Shown in pieces: positions 14,813 to 27,340 of a stretch of DNA of 64,000 nt. The stretch's first letter is position 1. The number at the start of each line of letters is the position of its first letter. Source of the stretch: Octopus vulgaris. Taxonomy: Eukaryota. The notes under the pieces are model-generated. The model saw only the letters and a list, made by a program, of their open reading frames with translations. It was not told the origin of the DNA and ran no database searches. Where the stretch lies: contig OX597829.1 in assembly GCA_951406725.2 (NCBI GenBank), positions 52,142,001 through 52,206,000 on the forward strand. The letters are read 5' to 3'. The position numbers and the translations under genes were made by a program.

Positions 14813-15103
14813 GCACACAGTGCACACACACACACACATATATACACACGTGCACACACACAAACACATACAACGCGCGCACACACACATATACACACAC
14901 ACGCACACAGTGCACACACACACACACACATATATCACCTACATATATATAATGCATGCGTGTGCATGCCACGTATGTGTGCGGTCAATGCCCGCTAGTG
15001 TGTCCTATGCGTGCCGATGCGCGCATGTGCCCGCCCGCACGATATGCTGTGAGCGTGCGCGCGTCCCTGTGTGCTTGCTCTGGATGTGCTTCCAGGGGGT
15101 ATG

Positions 15104-15705
15104 TTAGAGTATGTTTAGTTGTGGTCTGTATTTTTGAATAAGATTACTTTCCTTATTTATTCGTGTTTGGTCTGTGGTGTTGTCCGAGCATTGGTATAGT
15201 GGGAAGACTAAGAATTTGGGGGACTTATTGTGTGCACAAAGGTCTAAGTGTCCACTTAGTGGTATCTGTCTTGTGGAGGGGTCCCTCAGTTGTTGTCGGT
15301 GAACTGTCATTCTGTCTCTGAGGGTAAGGCTCGTTTGCCCTATGTAGTCTTCGTGGCATCCTTCACACCTTATGACGTAGAGTAAATTTTTTGATGCGCA
15401 CGTGAAGTTATTTTTTATGATGAATGTGTGTCCCGAGTGGAACTTGTACGACGATCCCTCAATGAGGTGGATGCAGGTCTTACAGTTGGGGCGACCACAT
15501 TTTTTGATGGTGGGCGGTGGGTTTGTGTTGTGTAATTTTGCGTTGGTGAGGAGGTTTTTTAGGGATTTAGGTTGTCTCTTACTTTTTATTATTTTATGAG
15601 CTGCCAGTATTTTTTTCAGGCGTGGGTCTTGATTTAGTTGTGGAATGTTGTTGTATATAATAGTGTAAGCTTCTGCATTCCTTGGGTTGTGTGTTGAGAG
15701 ATAAG
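15104..15705 (-). CDS. PLE Cys linker and GIY-YIG endonuclease (continues the RT ORF after a 1-nt frameshift)
   Basis: Manual translation: PYLSTHNPRNAEAY...KCGRPNCKTC...NFTCASKNLLYVIRCEGCHEDYIGQTSLTLRDRMTVH...KESNLIQKYRPQLNIL*, with no internal stops. Confidence 0.92.
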
Positions 15706-17178
15706 GAGGCTATTGACTGTACTGTGGATGTGTTTGGGTTTTCGAAGGTCTTGAATGTTGATTGATTTGGCCCGTTCTATTCCGTTGTCTACTAGTGATG
15801 CCGGGTAATGTCTTTCGAGAAGAATTGCCCTTAGTTCCCGGAGTCTTCTATTTCGTGTTGTGTCATTTGAGACAATAGTGCAGATTCTTCTCGCTAGGTT
15901 GAAGGGGATATTTGTCTTTGTGTGTTTTGGGTGATTGGAGGTGAATAGAAGGTATTGTTTAGAGTCAGTGGGTTTGTAATGGATGTCAGTTTCAATGTTG
16001 ACGCCTTTTTTAATGATTAGGATGTCAAGAAAAGGGAGTTGGTCCTGACTATATTCCATTGTGAATTGAATGTTGTTATTTACACTGTTGATAAGGTTTT
16101 TGAAGTCTATAAGTTGGTCGAGTGTGTGGGACCATAGGATGAGGCAATCATCTAAGTAGCGTTTCCAGTTCTCCAACAGGTATTTGTGGAAAGACTGGCC
16201 GTACTTATATTTGGATTTTTCATAGATATGTGATTCCAGGTAGGCCATCACCAGGTTTGCATAGGTAGGTGCAACTTTCGTACCCATTGCAGTCCCTGAG
16301 ACCTGTCTGTAAGTGTTGTTGTGGAAATACATGAAGTTGTTTTGCAGAATAAATTTGAGGCCCTCAATTATGAATTCTTTTTTAATTCTTTCCGGGATCT
16401 CATTGGGATATTTATCCAGCCAGAATTTAATGGCTTCCAGTCCAAATTCATGTGGGATTGTGGTGTAAAGATTAATAACATCAAAAGAAACGATTAAGGT
16501 GTCTTTATCGGCATGTTTGGGGAGATGGTTTAATAGGTCCAGGTCATCTCTTACAATACTTGGAATGTGTTTCAGTATTGGCTTTAAGATGATATCTATA
16601 AAGTTGCTAAGTCTGTGTGTTTCACAACTTGGGCCTGCCACTATTGGTCTCAGTTTGAGATCAGTGGGATGTGGTATAGTGATGCAGGTTGAAGTGGACT
16701 TTTTGCAAGCTTCTGTGATAATTTGACTCTTGTGTATTTTTGGAAGGCCATAGAGTGTGCTGGTTTTGCAATTAAATTTAGTAATGTAGTCGCATTCCTT
16801 TGCTGTCAAGTCATTCCGGTGTTGGTAAATGAGTGCCTTCAGATTGGTCATTGTTTTGGATTGCTGGTAGTCGACTACTCTTTCGTAGTATGTGGTATCC
16901 TCTAAAAGGAGAGATACAGAGTTTTTATATTGCTCAGTATTCATAACAACGACCGTACTACCCTTATCAGCTTCCTTTATTGTGACGTCATGATTGTCTC
17001 GTAGTGTATGGATGATTTCCCATTCTCTTTTACTGGTGTTGGGTTTGAGTTTAGGTTGTGGGAGTTCACCATAAGGGAAGTTGGAGATGTAATCGCAGAA
17101 TTTGTCTAAGGTTTTGTTTTTGCCTTTTATGGGATTATAGTTGCTTTTGTTACAGACCATTGATTCGTCGTTATTATT
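15705..17178 (-). CDS. PLE reverse transcriptase (core and thumb), N-terminally truncated
   Basis: ORF 15634-17160 has PLE motifs ADKGSTVVVM, LYGLPKIHK, LRPIVA, SFDVINLYTTIPH, GTAMGTKVAPTYANL, WKRYLDDC, FLDILI and YKPTD..QYL...SNHPKH. The frame stays open upstream to the arm junction at 17178 (NNNDES-MVCNKS). Confidence 0.95.
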
Positions 17179-17508
17179 GGGACGCGCGCACGCTCACAGC
17201 ATATCGTGCGGGCGGGCACATGCGCGCATCGGCACGCATAGGACACACTAGCGGGCATTGACCGCACACATACGTGGCATGCACACGCATGCATTATATA
17301 TATGTAGGTGATATATGTGTGTGTGTGTGTGTGCACTGTGTGCGTGTGTGTGTATATGTGTGTGTGCGCGCGTTGTATGTGTTTGTGTGTGTGCACGTGT
17401 GTATATATGTGTGTGTGTGTGTGCACTGTGTGCGGGTGTGTGTGTATGTGTGTGTGTGTGTGTGTGTGAGCATTGTATACGTGTGTATGTATTTACATAT
17501 GTATCTAT

Positions 17509-17558
<50 letters not shown>

Positions 17559-19269
17559 TGTGTGTGTATATGCATGGTATGTGTGTATATGTTAGTACTT
17601 TGTTTGTGTGTATGTGCGGCATGTAGAGATATATTTGAGTGTGTACGCTATAGGTTTGTAATTTGTGTGTGTGGGGGGTGGTGAATTTTTTATATATATA
17701 TGTGTGTGTGTATGTGTGTGAAAAAATATATGTATGTGCATGTATGTATGTATGTATGTGTGTATATATATATATATATGTGTATATATATGTGTGTGTG
17801 TATGTGTGTGTGTGTATATTTATTTGCATGTTTATGTGTGTATAAACATGTACATTATTTGCATGCGCATTGTATATATGTATATTGTATGTATGTGTAT
17901 TGTATATGTACGTGTACAATTAAGTGTATATATTTGTGTGTATGTGTGCACTGTATATATGTATATTGTAGGTGTGCTATATGTGCATGAATACATGTAT
18001 ATGCATTGCGTGTATATATATGTATGCATTGTGTGTGTATGTATGTTATGTGTGTGTGTGTGTATATATATATTATATGTATGCGTACGTGTATGTGTAT
18101 GCATTGTATGTATGTGTGTTGTGTGTATATGTGGTACATCTATGTATGTGTATGTAAACACTATTTATATGTATATGTGTATATATGTATATGCATTGTC
18201 TATATATATATATATTGTATGTATGTATTGCGTATGTATATTGCATGCATATATTGTGTATGTATATTACTTACATGCTGTATGTGTGTATTGTATGTGT
18301 GTATATATATATGCTAGGTGTATTTGTGTGATATTTATATTATGTATGTATGTGTGCGTGTGTTGTGTGTGTGTGTGTGTATGTGTGTTATATATCTGTG
18401 TATATTATATATAGATACATGTTATATTTGTGTGCTGTGTATATATGTGATATATGTGGGTGCGTTGTGTGTGGGTGTGTGTGTTCTGTGTGTGTGTGTG
18501 TTGTCTGTATGTGGTTTGTGTTTGTATACTATGTGTGTGTGTGTGTGTGTTGTTGTGTGTGTGTGTGTTTGTGTGTATATATATGTGTGTGACAAACAGA
18601 CGCTGTCTGACCAGCAGGCACGGACACATCTATTCACACCCGCATACTAACCTCCTGATAACCCCAAAATCATTCATGCATAAAGGGGAAGTATACACCA
18701 CATTGGCTACTTCTGTTCTCTCAGTTCAGCCTTTCTGCTAATACTAACAGGTCAGTAAAAACATACTTAAAATATTCTGAGATGGACAAAAAATCCATTT
18801 TAATTTTTGCTGTCAAAACGCTGTATATATATACCAAAGATTGTATATATATACATGTAATGTGACAATTTGCGACAACCAATAATTAACGCAACCAATT
18901 CCCAATAATATATTTGTTTTATCCTTTTCTGCCAAATTTTCCCAAATAATGTGACAATTATGTATAGAAAAACATTTTTGAATTCATAATATCCAATGTG
19001 ACAATTATGTAAAAAACTTTTTTGAATGCATAATATTCAATGTGACAATTATGTAAAAAACTTTTTTTGAACCCATAATATCCAATGTGACAATTATGTA
19101 AAAAACTTTTTGAATGCATAATATTCAATGTGACAATTATGTAAAAAACTTTTTTTGAACCCATATTATTCAATGTTTCCTTAAATGTAACTTTTGACAA
19201 TCTTTTACCAAAGAGTGAAACCGGTTAAGTAAATAAACATCGTTTAAATTGCATTTTCAAACCTTTTTT

Positions 19270-19277
<8 letters not shown>
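17179..19277. repeat. Right arm of 2.1-kb inverted repeat (inverted pLTR at the 5' truncation point)
   Basis: Begins GGGACGCGCGCACGCTCACAGC, the reverse complement of 15046-15067. The ORF track shows mirrored ORFs on opposite strands. Confidence 0.97.
19190..19230 (+). ncRNA. Minimal type I hammerhead ribozyme motif, U3-A8 core variant
   Basis: ACTT-TTGACAA-TCTTT(TACC)AAAGA-GT-GAAA-CCGG-TT-AAGT: stem I ACTT/AAGT, stem II hairpin, palindromic stem III. AATAAA follows immediately. Confidence 0.62.
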
Positions 19278-19309
<32 letters not shown>

Positions 19310-19391
19310 CACACACACACAAATATGTCTACATATGTATGCACACATACATACATACATACATACATACATACATACATACATACATACA

Positions 19392-19422
<31 letters not shown>

Positions 19423-19991
19423 GTGTGTTTATATAGATACATATAAAAACAAAAAACAAGCAAAATCAGATGTGAAATTGTAATCAGCAACAATGGAACC
19501 AAGAGTTAAAATAAGTCAGTGACCTAATTGCTGGGTATGCCCTAATTACTTTAAGGACTGGAAACCTATTTTAAACAAAAAGTAGGTGGCCACATTATTT
19601 TGTGGTAAGAATATTTGGCAATCACAAACAACTATGAATTAAAACCAGGTTGCCATATTTTGACTATCAGGATTTATGAAATCGGTCAGGGACATCAGGG
19701 ATGACTGAATTAGCACAAATGCAATTCAGCCAAAAGTTGATTGCACCACTAAATAAACTAACCATCTGGTGAACAGGATATGCCCAGCTGTTGGTTTTAT
19801 ACCCACATTTTTGTTGGGGTATGAGGGTGAACAGGCAAATTATAAATAAAACTCTTTTACCACCTGCAGGCAGTGAATCATAATTGTCACACAACCATTC
19901 TTTTTCCTGCCTCCTTATTGCTAATGGCAACATTTATTTGTGAATGATAAGAATAAATATTTTTCCATTTAAAATCTCAAACAGACTGAGT

Positions 19992-20670
19992 GGGATGTCT
20001 TTAGTTTTACTCACAGATTTTTTTTAGTTATATTTTTTAAGTAAACAGTTTGAAACTTCATATACTGGTGTAATTTCTCACACTGAACACGGTTTACTTT
20101 CAGCATTTATGACAAAATTTCTGTATTTTAGAAGTCATTTCGTGTTAAAGTTGTTGTATTTTGGTAATTTTAACCAATCAACGACATGTATTCGGCTGAA
20201 GAAAGCTACTGCTATTTGTGATAGTAATTGAAGAGCAACAACTTCCGGGCCATCTCTACTAAATGTCACCACTCTGTTCTATTTTAGTTTTGTTTATTGC
20301 CTGTGTTACATATTACATGCCTTCACTTGTACAAAGAAGCAATTCAACAGCAAAGAAAAAAGAAACACAGGCAGTAAACAAAAACAAAATAGAACAGAGT
20401 GGTGACATTTAGTAGAGATGACCCAGAAGTTGTTGCACTTCAATTACTGTCACAAACAGCAGTAGCTTTCTTGAGCTGAATACACGTTGTTGATTACCCA
20501 AATACAACAACTTTAACATGAAATAACTTCTAAAATACGAAATTTTGTTTAAAATGTTGCAAGTAAACTGTGTTCAGCATGAGAAATTACACCAGTATAC
20601 CAAGTTTCAAACTGTTTAGTTAAAAAACAAAAGTAATTAAAAAATCTGTGAGCAAAACTGAAGAGATCCA
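19992..20670. mobile_element. Foldback/MITE with ~315-bp diverged inverted arms
   Basis: ~19992-20307 is an imperfect reverse complement of ~20363-20670. Confidence 0.85.
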
Positions 20671-21942
20671 CTTAGTGTTCTTTCAGTACCAAATCATAAC
20701 TTCATTGATGCATCCAGAGAAATATCCCAGTTTAGTATAAGGCTGAAAATAAAAGTGTTTTTTTTTATTAACAAGAGATAAATACGAAACCATGTAGCTG
20801 GTCCCTTCTGAATTTTTCAGAGTCAAAATCAGATGAAATCCCTTGCACCACAGAGTGCTCACAGTTTCAAAAGATTGAAATTAAAAATTCTGTCCTTCTT
20901 AGATTCCTTTTGGGATCTTTGTGGTTATTCTCACTGTCTACAATTATTGCAATTGTTTTCAAATTTGGTATATGGATTAAGTTTTGTATATTAATTATGA
21001 ATATGAAATTTATTTTTCCTATAAATTCATAATTAAAAAGTTACTAACCTTTAACATTTTCAAAATTTTTGGTATTTTAGCCAACCAGAAGTGAGTATTT
21101 TACACATCACTGTGAAGTTCTGTTAGCATAGTAAGCAAAGAAGCACCACGTTTTCCATAGCTGATTGTGAAGAATTCTGTTTCCATAGTAACCAGAGATA
21201 CTGCACATGTGCACAAGGAGTGTAACCATTGAATCGAGTGTAATCAACGAATTGAGAGCACCTGGACATCTTTAAAGCATGGAAACAAACACTGGTGTGG
21301 GACACATCATTCCACGATTGCCTCTTATCTTTGGGAATTTATGTGGAGAAGGAAATCTGAGAAAGATGATTCATTTTATATAATCCTTGAGTTTATTGTT
21401 CTTGAGTTTTTTAACTAATAAATGTCTGTTTTAAGCAATGTTTTTGACTGTTATTTCTAGCAACTCCTATGGGTTTACTCATATCTTTAAATATTTAATT
21501 TGCTTGCAAATCTTTTAACAGGAAGGATGACTTCCCTTTGCAAACACTGATAGGGCACAGAAAGTGTGTCTAAAGCCAGCTGGAGGAGGTGTCCTGGGGC
21601 TACAAACTACAGTAGCATCCACCCTTAAATGGCAAATATACGTCACGATGTGTTGCAGCTACTGTTTATAACTAGCTCTAAGATTTATTATCACTGTTTA
21701 CTGTTGCTAGTTTAATGTTTTGACAAGCCGTGCACCCCTGATGTTTTCTAATTGACTAGAAATTCTGAAAATCATCAAACTTTGAACACCTGTCACATTT
21801 TCCCAAACATTTTCTGGAATAAATGAATAACAAATTCGGATTCAGCGTCAAAAATTACATCTATACGATACATCAAAAAAATTTTTTAAGATTTCAACAA
21901 GCAGTGACAGTAACCTCAAAGAACCTCCTTTTGCACAATAAT

Positions 21943-22160
21943 TCAGATGGTTCTTTCCATCAGCGAATTTCTTCTCCAATTGCCCGGCTGACCTTTATCT
22001 TTAAACACATTTTGGTTTTTACATTGTCTGAAGTTTAGTCTCCAGTCTCTCATAAATTTTTCCAAGGCACTAAATTCTCTTGTTACACTACAGTTATTTG
22101 TCTTCTTGGTATCTTCAATAACTTTTAGTTTGAATACTGTGGTATACATATTTTTCGTCT
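21943..22160 (-). mobile_element. pogo/Tigger-like N-terminal HTH remnant
   Basis: YTTVFKLKVIE...REF...EKFMRDWR (Brinker-type DNA-binding pattern). Confidence 0.55.
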
Positions 22161-22899
22161 GTGATAGATGTACTAGTATGTACCAACCATTCAGAGATAT
22201 AGTACTCATCATGATCATACTGCTCAATGTATATAATCTGTTGAAGCATAAAAAATGATGATGGGCTGTATTTTTTAATCACCCTAATTATAATAAAGTA
22301 ATTACAGTACTTCTCTGATAATGAACCTGAGAAATCTGTAACCTAACATTTGTGTGAAAAATATATCAAAATACATTATGGGACAAAAATTAATTTTTCT
22401 ACTGTAATATTTATTATATAGGATAATCCTTCAACCAACAAATGTTGATTTATCACCTGTGAACATTAAGGCTAACTTTTACTGAAATTACAGGGAAAAT
22501 CCCACAAAATAGGACATTTTTTACATGAGATTCACATCATGGCCATGTGGTAACAAGCTTGCTTCCCAACCATCTTAGGATCAGTCTCACAGTTATTCAT
22601 CTTGGGCAAGTGTCTTCTACTATAGCTCCTGACTGTAGTATTTGGTTGATGGAAACTGAAAGATGGGAACCTGCTAGCCTGAGGCACATAACCTCTTTAC
22701 TAATGATGGTAAGACTACAATCTTTGTCAGCAAGGTTATGAAGAAACCCCTGAAATGAAATTCTTCAAAGCAAAATCCTCCTTCTGGGTGAGATAGAGTT
22801 ATCTTCCTTGATCAGTTCTGGATGTCTCTGAAACAGGTCAGTTAATGTACAATTACTGTTTACTAATCAGCAGGTGTGGAAATCCATGGCTCCAACATG

Positions 22900-23800
22900 A
22901 ATTTTCTCTCATGAGGGCAATGACTAAACTTTTCACTGTTAGAATGTAAGAGAATTTCTGGGTTCAGCGACATTTTTAGGATTCTTGCCCTCTCAACCAA
23001 GCAAAGTTTGTATCACCTGCCTCTTATGAGGAATGGTTCAGGCTGTTCCAGGAGCTTCTATTTAATCCTGTATGGTGTACCCTCTTCTTTTAAATACCAC
23101 ATATAGTTAGCTAAAGACATAATGTTGTGTCTTTCTGGGATCTTAAATGAAACCCTGTTGTTATACTGTTTCTTCTGCTATTACTGCTCTTATTGCTGGA
23201 CATGTTCCTGGGGCTGCTGCCGTTGCTGTTGTTATTGTTGCTGATACTCATGCTGCCATTGCTGCTGTTACTGCTGAATGTGCTGTTGGTGCTGCTGTTG
23301 TTGTTGTTACTGCATTTAATGGTGGACATCACTTCTGCTTTGTAGACCATGGCCTCAGAGTTGCATCAACCACTCACTGGGCATTCACTGTTAATCCTAT
23401 AGGAACATCCTGCATCTGTGCGAGGTTTAGGGACATTCACGAAAAATTTTTTTAACATTAGGTACACAGCTAAATGAGACCCTGAAGTTGTGTCTATTAA
23501 ATAATCATCCATATCTACAGGATTACGTGAAATGCTTGCCCACTAATTTAGGGAAGATCCATCACATGCAGGTCTTGATGTTGAGTGAGAATGGGGTGGG
23601 GGAAAACTAAAAGACTTTACAGCAGTAGCTTTCTTTTGTGGGTGTAAGGTCCTGGCATAAAAGAAATGTATTTCTTATAACTGCTGCCGAAGTCTCATTG
23701 TAATAGGGGGCTCCAGCTTCAAAAAATTTCTTTATTCAGGGACAGATTTGAAATCTTTTTTCTGACACCTTTCAGCAGATTCTTAAAAAGTTAACAATGG
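22900..23800 (-). mobile_element. Degenerate Naiad-type PLE thumb/EN fragment
   Basis: KISNLSLNKEIF..APYYN, LFNRHNFRVSFSCVPN, CPVSG*C..AMVYKAEV, YMWYLKE, YKLCLVE; many stops. Confidence 0.65.
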
Positions 23801-23818
23801 TAAGATTGGTCACATATG

Positions 23819-23905
<87 letters not shown>

Positions 23906-24015
23906 GTGTGTGTGTGTATGTGTGTGTGTGTGTGCTTTCTATGAGGAAGAAGTTGGTTTCTAACAAAGATACAAAGCTATCATTGGGATCTAAATAATAA
24001 AAACAATATCACATT

Positions 24016-24650
24016 TTAAAGTTGATTGAGTAAAGTCTTGTATATTTTTACTGTTCCACTTACAGATAGTATCTGTAATGTATTAATCAGTTGGTTGATT
24101 TCTCTTTCTGAGAACTTTTGCTTATTCATATTGTTGATTAGGCATTTACTCACAATTCCAAGAGCACCAATTATTATTTGTTTAAATGTGAATTTAGAAT
24201 CTGAGTATAAAAGCTGGATTTTTCCAAGTATTTGTCCACCTTTATTCTCTTTCTCTTTGATTTTCAAAGATATATTCACATCAGCAGGACAGCTGACCTC
24301 TATGATGGTACATCCTTTTTTCTTTTCTGTCCCAAATAACAATATCTGGCCTGTTATGCTTACACTTGACAGATGTTTCGATGGGAATGCTCCACCAGTA
24401 TTCCTTGTGTTGATGTTTGTGTACTTATTCAATAAGAGGGGGATTCTCTATATTTATTCCATGACAATCTTTTCTCTCTCCGGATGGCATTGCATATTGC
24501 TTCTGCAACAACATTGTGTTGCATTGGGAAGTACTTCCTTGATGACATTTTGGGACAGCTGCTAATTACATGCGTCATGTCTTTCGCAGAAATATGACAT
24601 AATCTATATTTACAGTTGCATCTTGGAACTCCTATGGCTTCACTGTCTCA
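24016..24650 (-). mobile_element. R4/Dong-like non-LTR fragment (CCHC and restriction-like endonuclease)
   Basis: THVISSCPK..HNVVA, KHNRPDIVIWD, IIEVSCPAD, KEKENK, IIIGALG. A second remnant lies at ~25880-26165. Confidence 0.75.
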
Positions 24651-26387
24651 TTCTTCTAATTATGTATGTATGTATGTATGTATGTATGTATGTATGTATG
24701 TATGTATGTATGCATGCATGCATGCATGTATGTATGTGGGTATGTATGTATGTATGTATGCATGTATGTCATTGTTCAGCTTCATTTCAACATGTCTTGC
24801 CAATAGAGAAAGAGCCGTTTTCTAACCTAGATTCAAGTCTCCTTCATTGGAATTTCAACATCAACAACATACATACATATTTTTGTATGTATGTATGGAT
24901 GTATGTATGTATGTGTGTGAATATATGTATATATATATGTGTGTATATGTATGTATGCATGTATGTGGGTATGTATGTATGTATGCATGGATGTATATAT
25001 ATATGTATATGTATATATATATGTGTGTGTGTATATGTATGTATGCATGTATGTATGTTCATATGCATGAAGATACAAAGATCCATTGTTTGAATGTAAG
25101 ATAACAAAAACAATGTCACATTTTAAACCTGAGAAAAGTCCCGCATATTTTTACTGTTCTGCTTTACAGATTGTATTTGTAATGTGTAATATCAGATGTT
25201 TGATTTCTTTTTCTGAAAACCCTAGCTTATCTAGATTGTTACTTAGGCTTTTATTTACAAAACTAAACACACTAATTTCTATTGGTATAAATGTTAAATT
25301 TATAATCTTTCTATAGAAGCTGTAAGGCATAGGTTCTCAGAGTGGGTGCTACCGCCCTTGCTGGGCGTTGAGATGGTCCAGGTGGGTGCTGGTGCCTGAA
25401 GGGATGGTGGTGAGGTAGAGAAAAAGGAGGCGTTGAGAGAAAGGCAGTAGATTGGGGGATGCTATGAATTTATAATAATATTATCATAGTATTGTATACA
25501 AATTATATAATTTTCTTTTCTACTCTAGGCACAAGGCCCAGAATTTTTGTGGAGGGGTCAGTCGATTAGATTGACGCCAGTGCACAACTGGTACTTAATT
25601 TATTGACCCTGAAAGGATGAAAGGCAAAGTCATTTCGCCCAGCATGCTAATGTTTCTGCCAGCCTTGTCTGGCACCGGTGTGGGTGGCACATAAAAAGCA
25701 CCCACTACACTCACGGAGTGGTTGGCATTAGGAAGGGCATCCAGCCGTAGAAACACTGCCAGATCAGGCTGGAGCCTGGTGCAGCCTCCTGGTTTCCCAG
25801 ACCCCAGTTGAACCGTCCAACCCATGCTAGCATGGAAAGCGGACGTTAAATGATGATGATGATGATGATGATGATTGTATTATTCTTTGAGCAATAACAT
25901 GCTGCATTGGGAGGCGGTATCTTGATATTTTGGGGTAGCTGCTGAACATGTATGTAATGTCTGCCATAGAAATATGACATAATTTGCATTTTAAGTTGCA
26001 TGTAGGGAGTCAAGGGGCTTTACTGTCTTTTTCAATTACCAGGTATTTTGAAGCGATCCCCTGTTCTTGGATTGCAAATGTGCAAATGCGTATCCTTTCA
26101 AGTGTGATGTAATCTTGTGGCCCAGGAGCAGTTGCACTTCTTGTTGGTATAACTGTCACCTTCATGTTTTAAGTACGTATGCACATATTTAAGTTGATAT
26201 GCAGGTAGATCTATATGTATGTAGCCAGGTAGATAGATAGGTAGGTAGGTAGGTAGGTAGGTAGGTAGGTAGGTAGGGGGCCAGCTGTGTAAGTAGGAAG
26301 CTAGATAAATTTGTGTTGGGACACACATGTATGTTGTTGCGTGTGTAAATATTTTAAAAGATATCATTTAAGAATGCAAACATTAAG

Positions 26388-27340
26388 CACCACGACCACG
26401 ACCACCACCACCACAACCACCACCATTACCACCACCACCACCAGCAGCAGCAGCACCAACACCACCACCACCACCACCACCACTACCAGCAGCAGCAGCA
26501 GCAGCAGCACCACCACCACCACCACCACCACCACCACCACTACTACCATCACCACAACCACCACCACCTCCACCACCACCACGACCACCACCACCACCAC
26601 CACCACCACCACCACCACCACCAGCAGCAGCAGCACCAACAGCACCACCACCACCACCACCACCACCACCAGCAGCCAGCAGCAGCAGCAGCAGCACCAC
26701 CACCACCACCACCACCACCACCACAACCACCACCACCTCCACCACCACCACCTCCACCACCACCACGACCACGACGACGACGACGACCACCACCACCACC
26801 ACCACCAGCAGCAGCAGCAGCAGCAGCAGCCACTGCTTCCTCTACCGCTGCTGCCGCTACTGCTGCTGCCACTATTGTTGCAGCAACTAATACTGTTGCT
26901 ACCACTGTTGCCACTCCTGCTGTTGCTACTGCTGCTGTTGTTACTGCTGCTGTTGCTACTGCTGCTGTTGCTACCGCTGCTGTTGCTACCGCTGCTGTTG
27001 CTACCGCTGCCACTACCCTTGCTGCTCCCACAACCACTGCTGCTCCCACTGTGGTCAGTTCTGCTGCTGCTGCTACCATTGTTGCCACTACCACTACTGC
27101 CACTGCCACAGCTTTTGTTGCTTGCACCACTACTGTAGCTGCTCCTGCCACTACGACCGTTTCATCTACTGCTGCTACTGCCTCTTTCACAGTAGATCCT
27201 GCTGCCACTGCTTTCGCTAATTTTGCCACAGCTCCCTCTGCTGCCTCCGTCACCACTGTTGTTGCAACTACTGCCATCACTTTTCCTGCTACTTCCCCTT
27301 CTGTCGTTGTCACCACTTCCACTGCCACAAATGCTGCCTG
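26388..27340. repeat. Compound trinucleotide tract (CAC/CAG, then CTG/CTA/TTG)
   Basis: Direct inspection. Confidence 0.92.

Larger units (their letters stand above)
12969..15067. repeat. Left arm of 2.1-kb inverted repeat (PLE 3' pLTR)
   Basis: Reverse complement of 17179-19277, including the complex CA/TA tract. Only scattered substitutions and repeat-length differences. Confidence 0.97.
12933..19277 (-). mobile_element. Penelope-like retroelement (Neptune-like), 5'-truncated, with 2.1-kb inverted pseudo-LTRs, inserted in (TA)n
   Basis: RT+GIY-YIG coding region 15104-17178. Arms 12969-15067 and 17179-19277 are reverse complements. A ~36-bp unpaired tail lies at 12933-12968. (TA)n flanks both sides. 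Confidence 0.93.

Noticed and set aside
12969-19277. Giant TIR DNA transposon or DIRS element
   Set aside because: The interior encodes PLE RT and GIY-YIG, with no transposase, tyrosine recombinase or RNase H. The ORF is truncated at the arm junction.
23111-23455. Ser/Asn-rich or Ala/Val-rich ORFs as host genes
   Set aside because: Trinucleotide expansion inside a decayed Naiad PLE fragment.
22900-23800. In-frame TGA as selenocysteine (reported for some Naiads)
   Set aside because: The fragment also has TAG/TAA stops and frameshifts, and no SECIS was recognised.
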